Below the pieces are notes generated by a model that did no database searches, had not been told where the DNA came from, and was given only the letters and a program-made list of their open reading frames with translations. A stretch of DNA of 64,000 nucleotides from Auanema rhodensis (Eukaryota > Animalia > Nematoda). The translations under genes and the position numbers were made by a program. Of this stretch, positions 1 through 14,012 are shown piece after piece. Where the stretch lies: the NCBI GenBank assembly GCA_964057225.1, contig OZ059895.1, positions 15,376,001 to 15,440,000 on the forward strand, read 5' to 3'. Each line of letters begins with the position of its first letter. Position 1 is the first letter of the stretch.

Positions 1-26
1 CCATAGGTAGGTCCAACAACAGTCAT
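1..26 (-). CDS. Possible first codons (MTVVGPTYG...) of a gene running off the left edge
   Basis: Minus strand reads ...ttatag A ATG ACT GTT GTT GGA CCT ACC TAT GG, an acceptor-like AG immediately before an ATG. Too short to identify. Confidence 0.2.
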
Positions 27-414
27 TCTATAATCCGACACAAGATATACAACAAATTATACAAATCAGGATAAATCTGGATGTTTCTAATAAAACACAA
101 GCAGAAACAATACTATATGAACAAAAAGAGCAAGCAAATACTTATATATCGTTGAAATTATAGCAAAAATTACAAGAAAAAATTGAAAATCTAATTTTCG
201 AAACAAAAATCTATCTCAAAAACCCAATGACGCGCAATACTTTAACCAAGCGAGGCGGTCAGCGGGAATTTGAACAAATTTCGCATTGGAGCGCGTTATG
301 AACTAGACCGTGACAATCATAATAGATATTAGAGTTTATTTTATATTGTAACAAATAACAAAAACAGTAAACAATAGATTTTCGTTAATTCTATGAAAAT
401 CAACGATTTAGCAG

Positions 415-1907
415 TTACGTAAACGCAAAAGCATCTTTCAAAAAATCTTCCATAGCCGTCCTTGATGTTAATTCATTAAATACTCTTCTTTGAGTTGGAG
501 AAAATTGATATCGGGTCATATATATAAGGTGCTGATGGAATAACTGAGTAGAAAGCCCTAATTTTGATGTAATATCAATCTGAAACAATTTAGAACATTA
601 CCAAATTTCGATTTTAACATACGAAATCATTCACACATTCTGCAGGAGTATGGTCAAACCCGGCAAATAATGCTGGATTATATAAAAGTCCATTGGCCGA
701 CATTAGTCCTACGATTACTTTTGAATATGTCATTTTAAATTGAAACAAACCATCAACTCCGGTTCTTTCGGCGATTTCTAAAGCTTGGCTCCTAGTTGTT
801 ATGTCTCCATTCGCAATGATGGGAACACTGACAGAATCCTTTAATATTGTTTCTGGTTAAATTAAATAAACTGAGACCTAAGCATACTTTCACTATTCGA
901 ATAGCATCATAATCTACGGGTTCGGCTCTCTGATGCGGTGTGCGACCATGAACAGTTAAATGAGTAACTCCAGCCTTTTCAGCCTACAAATAACCTAATA
1001 TGAATATGAAAAACGTAGAAGTAATTACTTTTCTACAAAGATCAATTGTTCTCTCAAGAGGGTACTGAACACGAATTTTTAAAGACACCTGTGAAAAAAA
1101 GAAATAAAAAATATTAATTATTAATTACAAACTGAATAATTTGGATCATTAACAGCCTCTTTGGTTTGTCTAACAATATCAGCTAGTAATTCGGGTTTAT
1201 TGAGTAAAAAACTACCAAATCCTCTGGCTCGAACATCCCCTTTCGGACATCCACAATTTAGATCTACACCAGTGGAATGTCTTTAAGAATATTTTCAATT
1301 TGAGTACTATTTCAATAGACAAACTTGTAAACTACTTGAGCTGCAGAAGCAAAAATGAATGGATCATCAGCAGCAAACTGTACAATTAGTGGTTTGTCAC
1401 CTTAAAAAAATTAAAATACGACACATCTTATGAATTTTTAATAAAGAAGTTTGCCACGTTTCAATTTACTTCGTCTATGACTTGTTATGTTTTATTGTTA
1501 AAATTACAAGAATGCAACCGCTCCAAATCAAAGAGAAAAAAGAAAGAAATTTCAAACTTTTATCAACATTATTACGTCAAGTTATCTAAGTTGAAAGACT
1601 GAACTATTTCAAAAAAGATAAGAAATTTATGATATAACTAACTTGGAATTGTTGTGAATTCGCTTTTTCTACAATAATCTGATTCTAAAAAATTTTTGGC
1701 ATAAATCATAGGTGTATAACAACAATCAACATCATACTTGCGAACTAATTCTCGGAATGGTAGTCTATTGAATTAAAAATAAAGTAATAATAATATATAT
1801 TGAACTTACTTTGAATATCGAACCATGGGAGCTAAATAAAATAATGGCCTATCCTTTATTTCTTTTATGGATTTATCGCACACATCTTTAACATCTGAGC
1901 TATCCAT
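415..1907 (-). CDS. DUS4L: tRNA-dihydrouridine synthase, DUS4-like (multi-exon)
   Basis: Spliced exons give LAPMVRYSK.LPFRELVRKY, DKPLIVQFAA, GVDLNCGCPK, HLTVHGRT, PIIANGDI and GLMSANGLLYNPALF, which are Dus family motifs. ATG at 1907, TAA at 415-417. Confidence 0.88.
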
Positions 1908-4122
1908 ATTGAATATAAATATGGCTTTAAGGCAAAATGATTTAATAGCCGAAGGCAAAAGTCTGAAGATTAAACAGGTACTGTATAGAAGTTCGAGTTT
2001 TTTTGCGTACTTCACGTATTTGACTTTTACTTTCTGAATTAAGGTCTTGTATATTATGAATAATTCGCTAATTTAATCTAATAAAAGCCAAAAATAGAAA
2101 TAAAAACATCAAAAAACTTATCGGAGGCATCAGTTTTATGATTTTTCTCTTACAGTTTTGAATGTGATAGCATTATTACGCTGTTAGCCGCTTGCAAATT
2201 TTTCTCTGTTTCTCTCGAACAAATCTTATTTCATTCTGCAAATTTGAACACCTTTGTGCTTTCGAAATCTTTGCCGACTATTCGAACTACTACCATCTCA
2301 CTTGTTGTAATCTTTCCATCTGCATCTCATGACCAAAGGGCTTGGCTTTTGTAGGGGCATAAAACGTCTTTTCTCCGAAGAATCCTGTTCGGATCCTAAT
2401 GTAATCGATTGTATGGATTCTGGACTGTTTCTGTCTTGTTTATAGCTGTTTCCTAGATATTCTCTCCTGGTATATTTCATCGAAAGAAAGCATTTGTCCA
2501 GTCTCCGGAAGCTTAATATTCCTAAGTTTACTATTAGCCTAGCTAAATCATTTTAATAACTGTTAATTAATGATTTCTTTTCTATTTTGTTCAATTATAA
2601 GACAGAGACCTCCTTCTTGAAGATTCACAGTTTTTATAACCAGACCCTACATGTAGTGATGTCGTTCTTTCACCATGACCCCAAAATTGGACAAATGCGA
2701 CGTTGTCTTACCTTTGATCGATTTTTCTTTAATTGTATACAGTTACTATTAATTCATTATAATATTAACTTCAAAGCAATTGAACTATCAATAACATGAT
2801 ACAGTTTCTTTTAATTTTTTCAAATTTACTTTCTCGTGTTTATATTTACTTTATAATTATCTTATTAAGTGGTACCAGTTCATGTGACCATCATCATCAT
2901 GATGTTGATGATAATATGTTAAACCTTGTCACTTATCTAAGTGTTGAATGATCATTTTTTTGAATGTTCAGACATTCTTTTGCAATAGATTTCAATATTC
3001 TTAATGGATGACAAGTCTTTTTCGAAGTCATTACGCATGTTTCTTTATCTATGCAACTTTTCTTCCGAATTTCGCAAGGCTGCGACGATGACGATCTATC
3101 CATCTTAGCATATCCCAACGTTCTAGATAATTCTCCCTTTTCGCATACGTGTCTCTAGCATAAGCGACCTTTTTTATATTCAGTTCCGATACGCAGTTTG
3201 GCTCTAATTCAGAAGCGGGTTTCATTCATCCAATCACAGTTAGGTGACAAGACTTCTGAAGAGAGAATATGAATTCGTGAGAGAAAAGTAAGGGGTCATC
3301 TTGAAAAATGAATGCGCAATCGCGCTACTTACAACCCCACAACCACCTTCCTACTTCGGGCTAGAAATCGATCGAGGATCTTTCCATATATCGTCAAACC
3401 GGAATTCTTTTTCATCTTTTGGTGCATACATTTACGTTGTTTCGGGTTCATCACTCATGCTCATCCTCATGTTTCCAGAAATATAAACGAGTATGGTATG
3501 TGTTAGTTTTTTTAGTAGTTTCAACAGACAACCCACCTTAGCATCACTTTGATATAAACTCCGGTCAACTGTCATTGTCTAGTTCATGACAATCAGTGAT
3601 CTCTCCCATTTTATACTTATACTACTTGTTTTTGTCTTTTCATGAGTTCGTTTCGACTTTCGATGTTTTTTTTTGGAAAATTGCGCACTCAATAAGGTAA
3701 TTCCTTATCTCTATCCATCGTGATTCTTATTCATTCTCACCTATTTTAAAATTGTTATCAGTTCATTCATTTATTAAGCTTTTCACATATTCTTTCATAA
3801 ATTGGAAAGGTTATATCATATATTTAACCAAGTTTCTTTTCTAACATATTCTTTACAATATTTTCAAAAAAAAAACAAAACAACAACAACAACAAAAGAA
3901 ATATTGGCATCGGGAAAAATTGAAACATGTTATCAGATTTTTTTTTATAATTTCAATATTGTTAGTTGAAGAAGGTAGAGTGTGTAAATTCGTTTTTTTT
4001 ACAATTGTTGAGTCCATTGATTGTCTCGTGCCTTGATTACACCTGTTTTCAACTTTTATTTTTGATAATTGAAGTTTTATTTAGATTAATGAAGAGACTA
4101 TTATCATATTCCGTTTGTTAGA

Positions 4123-7100
4123 ATGCTAATACTAAGAATATTAATAAGTGTTTGTTTATTCAATCGACCTCTCTCCGTTTCCGGATCTGCTATTGAGCAC
4201 AAGGTTGGACTCTCTGTACTTTATCCGGAATTTCAAATTTTGATCTTTTCTTTTAGTGGGTGTCTTGGGATGGAACAGGTGATTCTCTTGAAGATCTTCC
4301 CGTATTACACACGGCATTTGTTCAAACAGGTTTGTTGTCTTTTGTCAAACAATTACCGAAAACCGTTTGCGTCATGTTGTTATTTCATTCCGTCTCGAGA
4401 TCATCTGTAAATTTCGGAATTTAGGGGAAGAGCTTCATTACTTTAGCGAATCCACTAGATATGAAGCTGATCTCTTCGTGGGACATCGTGCTCAAGAAGG
4501 GGATCCTGGACAATCTCAGTAATATTCTTTCGATATCACCGCTAAAACCTCGTTATAAATTTCAGTTACAAAGAAAGAATATTCACAGTCCGAAAGTTGG
4601 CGGGGGAAGATTCTATGCCTCTAGAGTTCGATCCGCCATTTATGTATTTCGGTGAAAGGTACGTAGTACAGTAATCACATTCACAAATCTTCGGAAGCCA
4701 ATTAAACGATTTCTTTTGCAGCGCAGTCGGTGTTCCCTTACGAAGACGCGTATATCTTCGGAGCAAATTGAATAAGGTTGTGGTGCTTGATACGGTTATG
4801 GGTGAAACTGTGGATTTTCACGCTAGCTTCTTCGATGTTATGGTGAGATGACAAGTAGAGATATACTCAAAACATCGTCTCGCTTTCAGGAATTAGAACC
4901 TTTGGGTACGACCTCTTTCGAAGTAGCATTCTTACCTCGAGAAGAGGGCAAAGTTACAGCAACATTATCAATTCATACTTCTGCTGGCTTGTATATCTAT
5001 GAAGTCAGCGGATATGCATCATCCAACCCATACAGAATAACGCCCTTTGTGGGTAATCGTATACCCTACAATGGAACTGTTGTAAAGGAAATCACTTTGC
5101 ATAATCCCCATCCAAAAACATTCCGTGTTAAAGAAGTTAGTTCGAACTGCGTATAATGTGCTCAACAATAATCTCTTTCAGCTTATGTCATCGGGTGGGC
5201 ATGTACATGCTGAACTTGCATATGATATTGACCCTCTGGTAGCAGGAGAGCCAGTTCAATATTGGGTTAGGATTATAAGCTTTTCTGACTTATCTGCGTT
5301 TTTTCAGGACATACGACCTTATCAAACGAAAACTGTAGGTAAAGCAGTTGTTGTAGGACATTTGCTTGAGAATAACACGGCTTTTGTCAGAGTTAACGGA
5401 GTTTTACTTGATGATAAAGGGTAAGACAGAAATTCTTTTAAATTTTAAAATTATTCTCCTATCCTCAGAAATGAAAGCAATATCAGTAATTTGGTATTCC
5501 CTATACCATATGAAGTCACAAAGAAAAAGGGCGTTTTTACTACGAAAGATATTCTAGATTTTGGACTTCTGAAGTAAGATCTTCGGTCTCCTCATAATTA
5601 ATTGCAATATACTCTTTGTTGCAGGCGAGGCGTCCGTTCTCAACCTCAGTTCTTCTCTGTTTACCATTATGGTTTTGATGGCCGGTTAGAATTTGAGGTA
5701 TTAATGACTTCAGTATTCGTTCTTTGAATCCTTACATGTCTCAGACTCTATACGTAGAAAAGGGAGATGCTACTGGTATTTATATGGAATTTGCATCGAA
5801 CCCGCCTATTGCTGTACATCCTGGAAAGCATCCTAACGAACCAGGTTTTATTTTTGTTTCAATTCCTTTAACTTCCGCCTTTTTGCAGGAAAACCGGTTA
5901 ATCTGGTGAAAGTGCTTTTCGACGCATCACGAATAACGTTTGAGACTAAGGAGCCCAAAGTTAAGACTTTTACAGGAAGAATTATTGCTGTTAGTCGTGG
6001 CGGTAATTACAACGTCACTATTCCATTCCGGGCATCGGTTTTTCAAGGGTGCGACAAGCATAACAGTTGTATTTTTATTGAAACTAGACTTATAGGGGCT
6101 TATCTGCTGTAGGAAATGATCTTGCGATTCGTGAGGATGTTAAACCTCCTTACAAGAGGGGAATTCGGTTGAAGAACAAGTTACCCTTTGGTGTGGCTGT
6201 TTGGAATATTACCTTATCAGCTGATGCGTTACCGTATTTCACTGTGAGTTTAAGACCTGTTTTCAAGTTTTCAACACTTTTTCATTTTCAGGTGAGACTC
6301 TTTGATAGTACCACAGTTATTCCACGAGGCGAAGAGAGATCAGTCTTCTTATTGAAATATAATAAAAAAATTCCGGATGATTTTGGAGTTTCTTTCATTT
6401 ATGTTGAAACAAATGTGACTCGTTTTAGTGTCCAACTTCAACGATACACTGGTAGAATTAAGGTAAAAACTATTATTTCCTTTTTATTCACTTAATTTTT
6501 TAAATTTCAAGGTTGATTTGTTCTCGATTGAACAGGACGCCTTTGACTTTGGCTTGATCTCTCGGAATGATACAAGAACTGTTAGGGTATGCTAATCCAA
6601 TTAGACTTTTAATCAGTTTTTTTTAACTTTTCAAGTTTGCTATTCGTAATCCTAATTGTGCAACAACAACAGTGCGTAATTTGCAAGTTCCTAATTTGTC
6701 AATTTTCCGCCTCTACTTTGTGAATATGTTACCTCTGAATTCTCAAGGTGAACAACTTCCAGCACTTAGTTATCGAGAATGGGAACAGGTAATCATCGAG
6801 CGAGTTATGAATATTATTGACCAAACAAAATGCTTAGGGAAATGATCTAGAGATACCACCTGATCAGTCTGCTCTCTTTGATTTGGAATTAAGAGCACCG
6901 TTTGATGGTGTAGAGCATAAAGGAGACATGGTCATATCAACGGATTTAGAAAGTAAATTGTTTCCAGTAGTTTATGAAATCGGGGAAGGAAAGCTATTTA
7001 CCTTCCCTGATGTTCTATCTTTTGGACCCACTCATCCTGGACGAGTAGTTTATCGTAATATTCATGTATGTGTACTAGTATCTCTTGATAATCTTTAAAT

Positions 7101-10100
7101 TTATGAAATTCAGATTTTCAACTCGTTTACCGAAGATATGAATGTGACTAGATTATCAACATTATCCAAAGATTCCAATGCTTTCTTCGAAACATTAGAT
7201 TCCACTAATCCCCCTCTTCTGCGATCTGGCAGACTCACCAACTTAGGTATGTGTACAAATGGCTGAAACAATTGTATGCCTCAATTTAGGTCGTATAATG
7301 TATATGCCTGAAGCTCCTTGCTCTCACCCATATTGCTATTTAGGATTAGACTTGAAATCTACAGGTATTTTATTTTACTTTCTCGTATTTCACGTTTATG
7401 CTAATAGTGCGTGGCGTAAAGCCATATTTTATTTTATTTTAAGTTGCACTTCAACGCTAAGCGGTTGTTTTCATTCTGGTCTGCAACCGGTTTTATCTTT
7501 TTTGTTTCAGATGGTCAATGGTTTGTTCACGGTTTAACTTTGCCTGCAAATTTGGCTGAAGTTGACAGCTATCTCTACAAGAAGCAAAGAGGGAAGTTCG
7601 ATAGCTTAGTTAAAGAAGGCAAAAACATCATCAACACTACAATAGTAGTTGATACGGATAAAGCAAAAAATATCAAGGTTTTTTTGAATTATTTAACATG
7701 TTTATATTTGAAATAATGATAGATCGCTGCAACAGCGGAAATGGTTTGGCCTCGCTTGTTAACTCGCAACTCGGTACACTTTCCATTGACAGCTTTAGGG
7801 AATTTTACAGTATATTACATATGAGCATGATAATTAAATAATATTTAACCATTTAGATTGTTAATTTAACTCTGTCAAATCCTACGGCTCTACCAATTGC
7901 TGTTCAAGTTATACCCCTTGTAATTTATCCAGACGCTGAAGCTGCCGTGGAATTTTTCAAGGATCACCTGCTTACGCCTTTAACATCAAATGTATTGTTT
8001 TATTGGTACAATTTTGAATTTCAAAATGATTTTTAAGGTTGAAATGAATGAAACATTGATGTTTTCATTACGAGATACCGAACTTTTCACTTTGAAAAAA
8101 GATAGTCCTGTGCCCAAGTTACGAGAAGAATTGGAAGCAGTTGTAGGCCAGAATGTTCCTAGGTACCCCGATTTATCATTTCAGGAAATAATTAACGTTT
8201 TATAGATTCACTCTTTCGTTATTGCTCAAACCTCATCAAAAAGTTCGCTTACGCTTAGGTTTTCTACCAACTGATTATGTACTTCGATCTTCTCTTCTGT
8301 TAATAAGGTGAATATAATCATATTTTATCTGTTTTTATATTTAATATTTCAGAAATAATTTAACTATTATTGAACCTGTTGTGCTATATGGTCGAGGAGC
8401 TAGAATTGATATGAAAATAGAAGATATAGAATCTCGATCTAAAAAGCCTTTGCTATTTGAAATTCGTCATGACCATCTGTCTGACTGTAATAATCCTAAA
8501 CGTGAGTACCATAAAATACTTCTAAAAATATTTTTTGTTTTTGTTCAGGGCTAATGCATAAGCTCAGCTCAACATTAACGGTACGTCGTCCGTTTTCCGT
8601 GTCCAACACAGGGGAAGTACCATTTACTGTTGTCAGTATGAGCATTAATGGAATTCCATGTGAAAACCGTGGGTTCCGGATTCTCAACTGTTATCCATTC
8701 CGGTTACAGCCCAATGAATCCTATGCTCTGGAAGTAGCGTACGTTATAATTTTTTTTCCTTCTTTATTTATTCTCATTTAAGGTATACACCTGATTTTCT
8801 AACTACAACGAATGAAGCTGATCTCCAGCTCTATATGCACATGAACGGAAGCTCCTGGTCATTCCCATTAGCTGCTACGGTTCCTAGCGATATGATGTCA
8901 CGTTGTCATCGAGCTCTTCCTCGTCCACCTTTCGAAAATCTGATGTATTATAGCTGCGTTACTGCTCTAATGTAAGTTTACACTTCTTAATGATGCTTTA
9001 CATCTGTATGCTTTGCAGATTCTGTCTTGTATGTGTACTTGCGTGTGCATACTTGGAAGGTGATCGAGCTATAACTTGTGCCATTCGTGAACAACACACA
9101 AGAACTGTCGTTTTCGATTTACGCGGTGTTGATCGCCCTAAACCGAAAGAACAAAGAACATTTGGTAGGATAAGATTTTTTTTGATCATTGGTGATTTAA
9201 AAAATGTTCCAGACTTCTATGACTATGCTTGGCCTTCACAAATAACACCATCGCCTAATGCTTCAGTGTTTACACATGCATTCTTTGGAATTGCCAATGT
9301 AATAGTTATGTGTCTTCACTACTTCAGAAGGTCTTTCTTAGCATTGAAAATGGATAATCATCTTCGAACAGCTATGGTACGTGCTGTAATACAATTTTTG
9401 GTCAACTGCCTTTTATTTTCAGAAGAGTAGGGAGATGAACAGAGAGCAGAATCTTCAAAAGATCAGAGGTAATAAGAAAGGTGGTCACGATAATGATAAG
9501 TCTAATCCTGATCATAATAAGGACAAAGGAAAGGATAAGAAAGGTAAATCCTAAGCTCTAGCATTAGGCTTAACTTGTAATTCATATACAGATCAAGATA
9601 AATCAGCCAAAAATAAAACTGGCTCTCAGCTTCAATCACAACAATCGCAACAGCAATCTTCTAGTGCTCAACTGCCGAAAAGGACCCAGAACAATAACAA
9701 ACTTACGTAAGATGAAGCATAATATTTCCGTATTTCATATTTTTTCTAATATTTAGTGCCAAGCTTTCTGTTTCTCCCAAGCCCGTTCTAGTTAATAAGA
9801 CAAATCAGACAAAGGGAGTGAATAAGGAGAAGGAGCCTCAACGAAAGAAGAGTTCAGCCAACTCCGATAATGAGAGAAGAATCCTTAAGACTGAACAGCT
9901 TATGGATGGAACAGCTGGCCCTGACCGTAAGCGAGAGAATGTAGCTACTAAGAAACAAGCACAGAAAAGTATTACTTATTAATCACTTGCTGATTACAAA
10001 ATTAAAATTTCAGATACTCGCTTACAAAATGCGAAGGCTAAAAACTTGCCACCTCTGGAAATTCCTTCTGCGGAAGCTCATTCATCCATCTCAGTTTCTA

Positions 10101-11223
10101 TACCAGATTCATTCGATGTTGCACAACAAGAATCGTTGTCACCTGATTCTCTCCAACCAACAACCCCAACTCCATCACTTGCGTCAACATTCAGCAGAAG
10201 CTACTTACCTGTAAGTTTTTCTTTTTTTTGTGGCATTCATTTTTTTATATTCAGCATCATTCATCATCAACTAGCACTGCTACTAGCCGAGATCATTCGG
10301 TGTCACGTCCAACTGCTGGCAGAGTCAGAAGTCCCAGTGAAGGAGAGATGAGTATCGCCAGTGAATTCAGCGAAGCTCCCGTCTGGATGGATGAAAGTGT
10401 TGATATTGGTATGTTATCATGTCATATTTTCTTTAAAATGCTTGATTTATAGCCAACGGTGATGAGGACTTCAGCGCATTTGGAGCTGCTTCAAATATGC
10501 TCACCAGCGGCTCCGAACTCAACGACGCACCTTCTCTGCAAGATCGAAAGAAGAAAAAGAAGAAACGCGCTGAAAAGGAAAAAGAACCGAAACCTCAAGT
10601 TCCAAGCGATCCCATACCTCAAGCTTATCTACCTCCATTCCAACCTGGAGTATCCCCTGTTGCAATTGATCCACAGCTTATGCAACAGCTGAGTGCCGAC
10701 TATCAAGCCTTAGTTGATAGTCAAAAGATAGCTCCTTTGGATTTCAATCTCTTAGAGCCATTCTATGGTCACCTAATGCCTAATGCTTCAACTGTATGTC
10801 ATTGTTTTATTCTTTATTATCCTTATATTCTATTTACAGACATCTGATCCATGGAATCTAGGTGCGCCTGGTAGCTCATCTTGGACGACTCCAACTACTA
10901 ACTGGCTGGATTTAACATCTCTGATGGGCAGTTCGATATCTACAACTCCATCTACCAATACTGGGCCATCTACATCCACGGCCGGACTTCCAACTGCTGA
11001 ACCTCTCCTTGATCCTGTGACCGAGTCTTCATATAATCCTCTAACTTGGGAAGCTCCTGGAGCTAACCCATTTTTGAGTGGATCTATGTTTTCCGGTAGT
11101 GACTTCAACCTCTGGTCATCTGTCTCAAATACTGTTCCTGAAAACAATTCCAACTGGGGATACGAACACCTAGACGATGATGATGACGAAAATGACAACA
11201 AAACACCAGAAGAATCAAATTAG
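4123..11223 (+). CDS. tmem-131: TMEM131 family type I membrane protein (collagen/ER cargo factor), many exons
   Basis: Signal-peptide-like N-terminus (MLILRILISVCLF...). Conserved segments SFEVAFLPREEG, YASSNPYRITP, LVWPRL-like MVWPRL, RNNLT, GIPCENRGF and YTPDF. TM segment (YYSCVTALIFCLVCVLACAYLEG) followed by a Lys/Ser/Pro-rich tail ending at TAG 11223. Confidence 0.9.
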
Positions 11224-11637
11224 AACTGTTTTTTTTTTACAAAAATTCAAAATCATCTTTCGTATCTCACATTGGTCAATCAATCAATCACCTAACCTAG
11301 CTTAGCCTTTTAAGGTATTTATGAAATCCTGTGATTGAAGATTTTTAACATCTCAAGTCACTTATTCCATCCCGGCCATAGTTTCCTTGTTGTTATATTA
11401 AATCTGTTATTTGAAAAAACATTTCTTATTCTAGAAAGAGAATTATTTTTGTTGAAGAAGTCAAAGTTGAAACATGGTTGGCTTCTTCAAATATGAATTT
11501 TAACGTAAATATATTGTCATAATTGAGAAAAAAAATGAAAAATTTAAGATTTAACATCAACATTTGATGTTAATGAAGATCAAATATAATACTGGACTTC
11601 TTTCTTTTTTAAAACAACACGAACATACACATGAATT

Positions 11638-13160
11638 CTAATAATGAAAACGATAAAAGTCTTCTCTGGCAAACAGTGAGTAATCAGGATTCTTAACGAA
11701 TGTGTCGTATCCTAAGACAGAATATATTCTAATGCAGTTATACTCATATACAAACCTAGCGCATCCATTATGGGGGCAAACTTCTGAATGTAATCCAGAA
11801 AATCCTTGGAGTAAAAGTCAAACCAGGCTGTTAATGCTGTTAAGTAGATGGGTTGTTTTACTTGTGAAGCAGAAAACTCTTTTCTAAATAGAAAATCTTG
11901 AATGGAGAGGTTAATAAAACGTACGGATTCACTATAACTTCCTTGCCAATGAGATCTTCATGATGTAAAACTGTTTCAGAAAAAGGAACTTTCAAGAAAT
12001 TTAAGATTCTTGCAGCTTCTGATTCAGGCTTCTGGACCAGCCTTTCATAATAAACCTAAAGTTTACATATCCAAGCATGTATTTTTGATTAGAATGATTA
12101 CCATTAAGCAGGCATCTGCGACATTTCGACACTGCAAAAACATATGTCGAAACTGAGATTCCCACTTCTCAATCATACTATATGGATCTGATAGATTGAA
12201 TCCAGCTACCGGTACATTGCGTGTTATCATTGAATGTATAACAGCTCGTGGATCTCGAATCATGAAAATGAATCTATAATGATTGAAAAACAGATTGAAA
12301 TACTAAACTCATTGTGAATTACTTAGCATTGGGGAAAAGTTCTAAAAGGTAAGAGGTATGCATCAACTGGTATGGATCCTTGTTACATATTCTTGAAGCC
12401 ATTTCGCCATTTTTTGTTATTAACTGCAATAAATGTTTATAATAATAGAACAAGCTTTAAAACAACCGTACATATGTTCATATTAATAGAAAATGAACGC
12501 TTTACCAAGGCACGTGGAAATTATGTTTATTTCACGTGGAATAGTTCACGTGGAAAATTAGGCGGGAACACGTCACGCATGCATTACCTCTGTTATGAAA
12601 GCGGAAACAGCATCATTGACAGCATGTTTCTTTAACGTGGAGTTTGTTAAGTCACGTGTAGCAGTAGCATGAGCATTTAGCAGTAAAGGTATAAGCATTG
12701 TTTCATCACCACTCAAATAAATTTCATAAATTTCATTTCGTAATTTGGACTAACCAACGAATATCTTCATGTGAATCCAGCATAACCCTCATTAATGTTG
12801 TTCCTGAGCGTGGCATTCCACCTAATATAGAAGCATTTATCGCCGTAGTGTCACAAAGCCTCACCAACAAAAATGAAATTTTCTGTATCGTTCAAGATAC
12901 GACGCCCCCATCGACTTGCTTGTTCCTCATTTTGATGTTCTATCTCATTCTTCCATACAGTTAAACGCAATTGTACAAGTTGCTCGAACAGCTTATTTCT
13001 GCAAAATCATTGTAATCATCGAAGCTTCTGGTTTTCAGGTTTCAAACTTTCAAAGCGAACATACATCTCAAGTAACAAACCTTTGATATAGTAGATGAAC
13101 TGAGAATATAACAAAGAATAAAGTAAGAATAACATTGATGGTATAGGTATTGAACCGCAT
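11638..13160 (-). CDS. tpst-2: Protein-tyrosine sulfotransferase (TPST family, tpst-2-like), type II Golgi membrane protein
   Basis: N-terminal TM anchor (INVILTLFFVIFSVHLL), PAPS-binding IFVGGMPRSGTTLMR, then RCGDET, CNKDP, MIRDPRAVIHSMITR and YERLVQKPE. ATG at 13160, TAG at 11638. Confidence 0.85.
12463..12580. repeat. Intronic CAACCG + (TT[TC]CACGTG)n element in TPST
   Basis: CAACCGTA at 12463 followed by three CACGTGGAA units and CACGTCACG inside an enlarged (~160 nt) intron. It resembles the arrays at 55200-55390 and 57600-57815. Confidence 0.6.
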
Positions 13161-14012
13161 TATCAAATGGAAATGTGAAAAGTCGAACTCATATCGTTTG
13201 GTTTCTATTATCTGCTGCTGCTGCTTCAATATTTGAAAATGCTAATTCAATCTCAATTCCAACAGAACTGATTAAAATTCTTTTAAGCATGTTGAACTTG
13301 AAAATAAATATTTGTAAAGTATGCGCCAGTGTTTAGACTTTGGATGTCCATAGCTATATTATTGCTTAGAGCTTCTTCTGCTAGTGTGAGCAATAGAGCA
13401 TTTTGAAGTTGAGTAAGCTTAAGATGAATGCCTTGATTGATAGTTTTCTTGTTTATTCTTATTGAATTCTATGTATTTCCAAGTTTTTAATAAGTTTTTA
13501 TAATATAATCTAAATGCAAATTGTATTCATGTTGATACATAAGGCGTATACTAAACTATAGTTTAAGCTTTACCTCTATTCAATGTATATGAAAATATGA
13601 GTAAAAAAAACATAAACTTTACTATATCCGTATATGATCAAAGCAATTATTATAAATTCGAGATGCAATTTGAAGCAAATTTTTTGTAAAAAAAAAGAAT
13701 AAAAGAAGAAAATTCAAGAAAAACAAATTTTACAAATGTATATGTATATATGTATCATTAGAATATTGTATATTATAGCAAATATTATATATGAAATATC
13801 TATGAATTTATTTGAAAAAACTAGAAAAAGATGACGAATTTGGTATTTTGGTTGACGAATAGTATGAACATCATGTTATGCCAGTATTCAAGTATCATGC
13901 TTTTGATTTTGAACAAATTTTGAGATAATGAAGGAGATTGAACGAGAATCTTAGAAACATATTCTGATAAAAGTGAGATGAACAGTTACAATTTGATGTT
14001 TTGAGAAATGAT

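Noticed and set aside
2250-3510. Moderately GC-rich stretch with short ORFs between DUS4 and TMEM131 (possible decayed transposon or gene)
   Set aside because: No recognisable domain, consistent exon chain or terminal repeats.
10830-11201. 123-aa antisense ORF over the last TMEM131 exon (and similar antisense ORFs over STT3, ptl-1 and srt exons)
   Set aside because: Shadow frames of real coding exons with no independent evidence.
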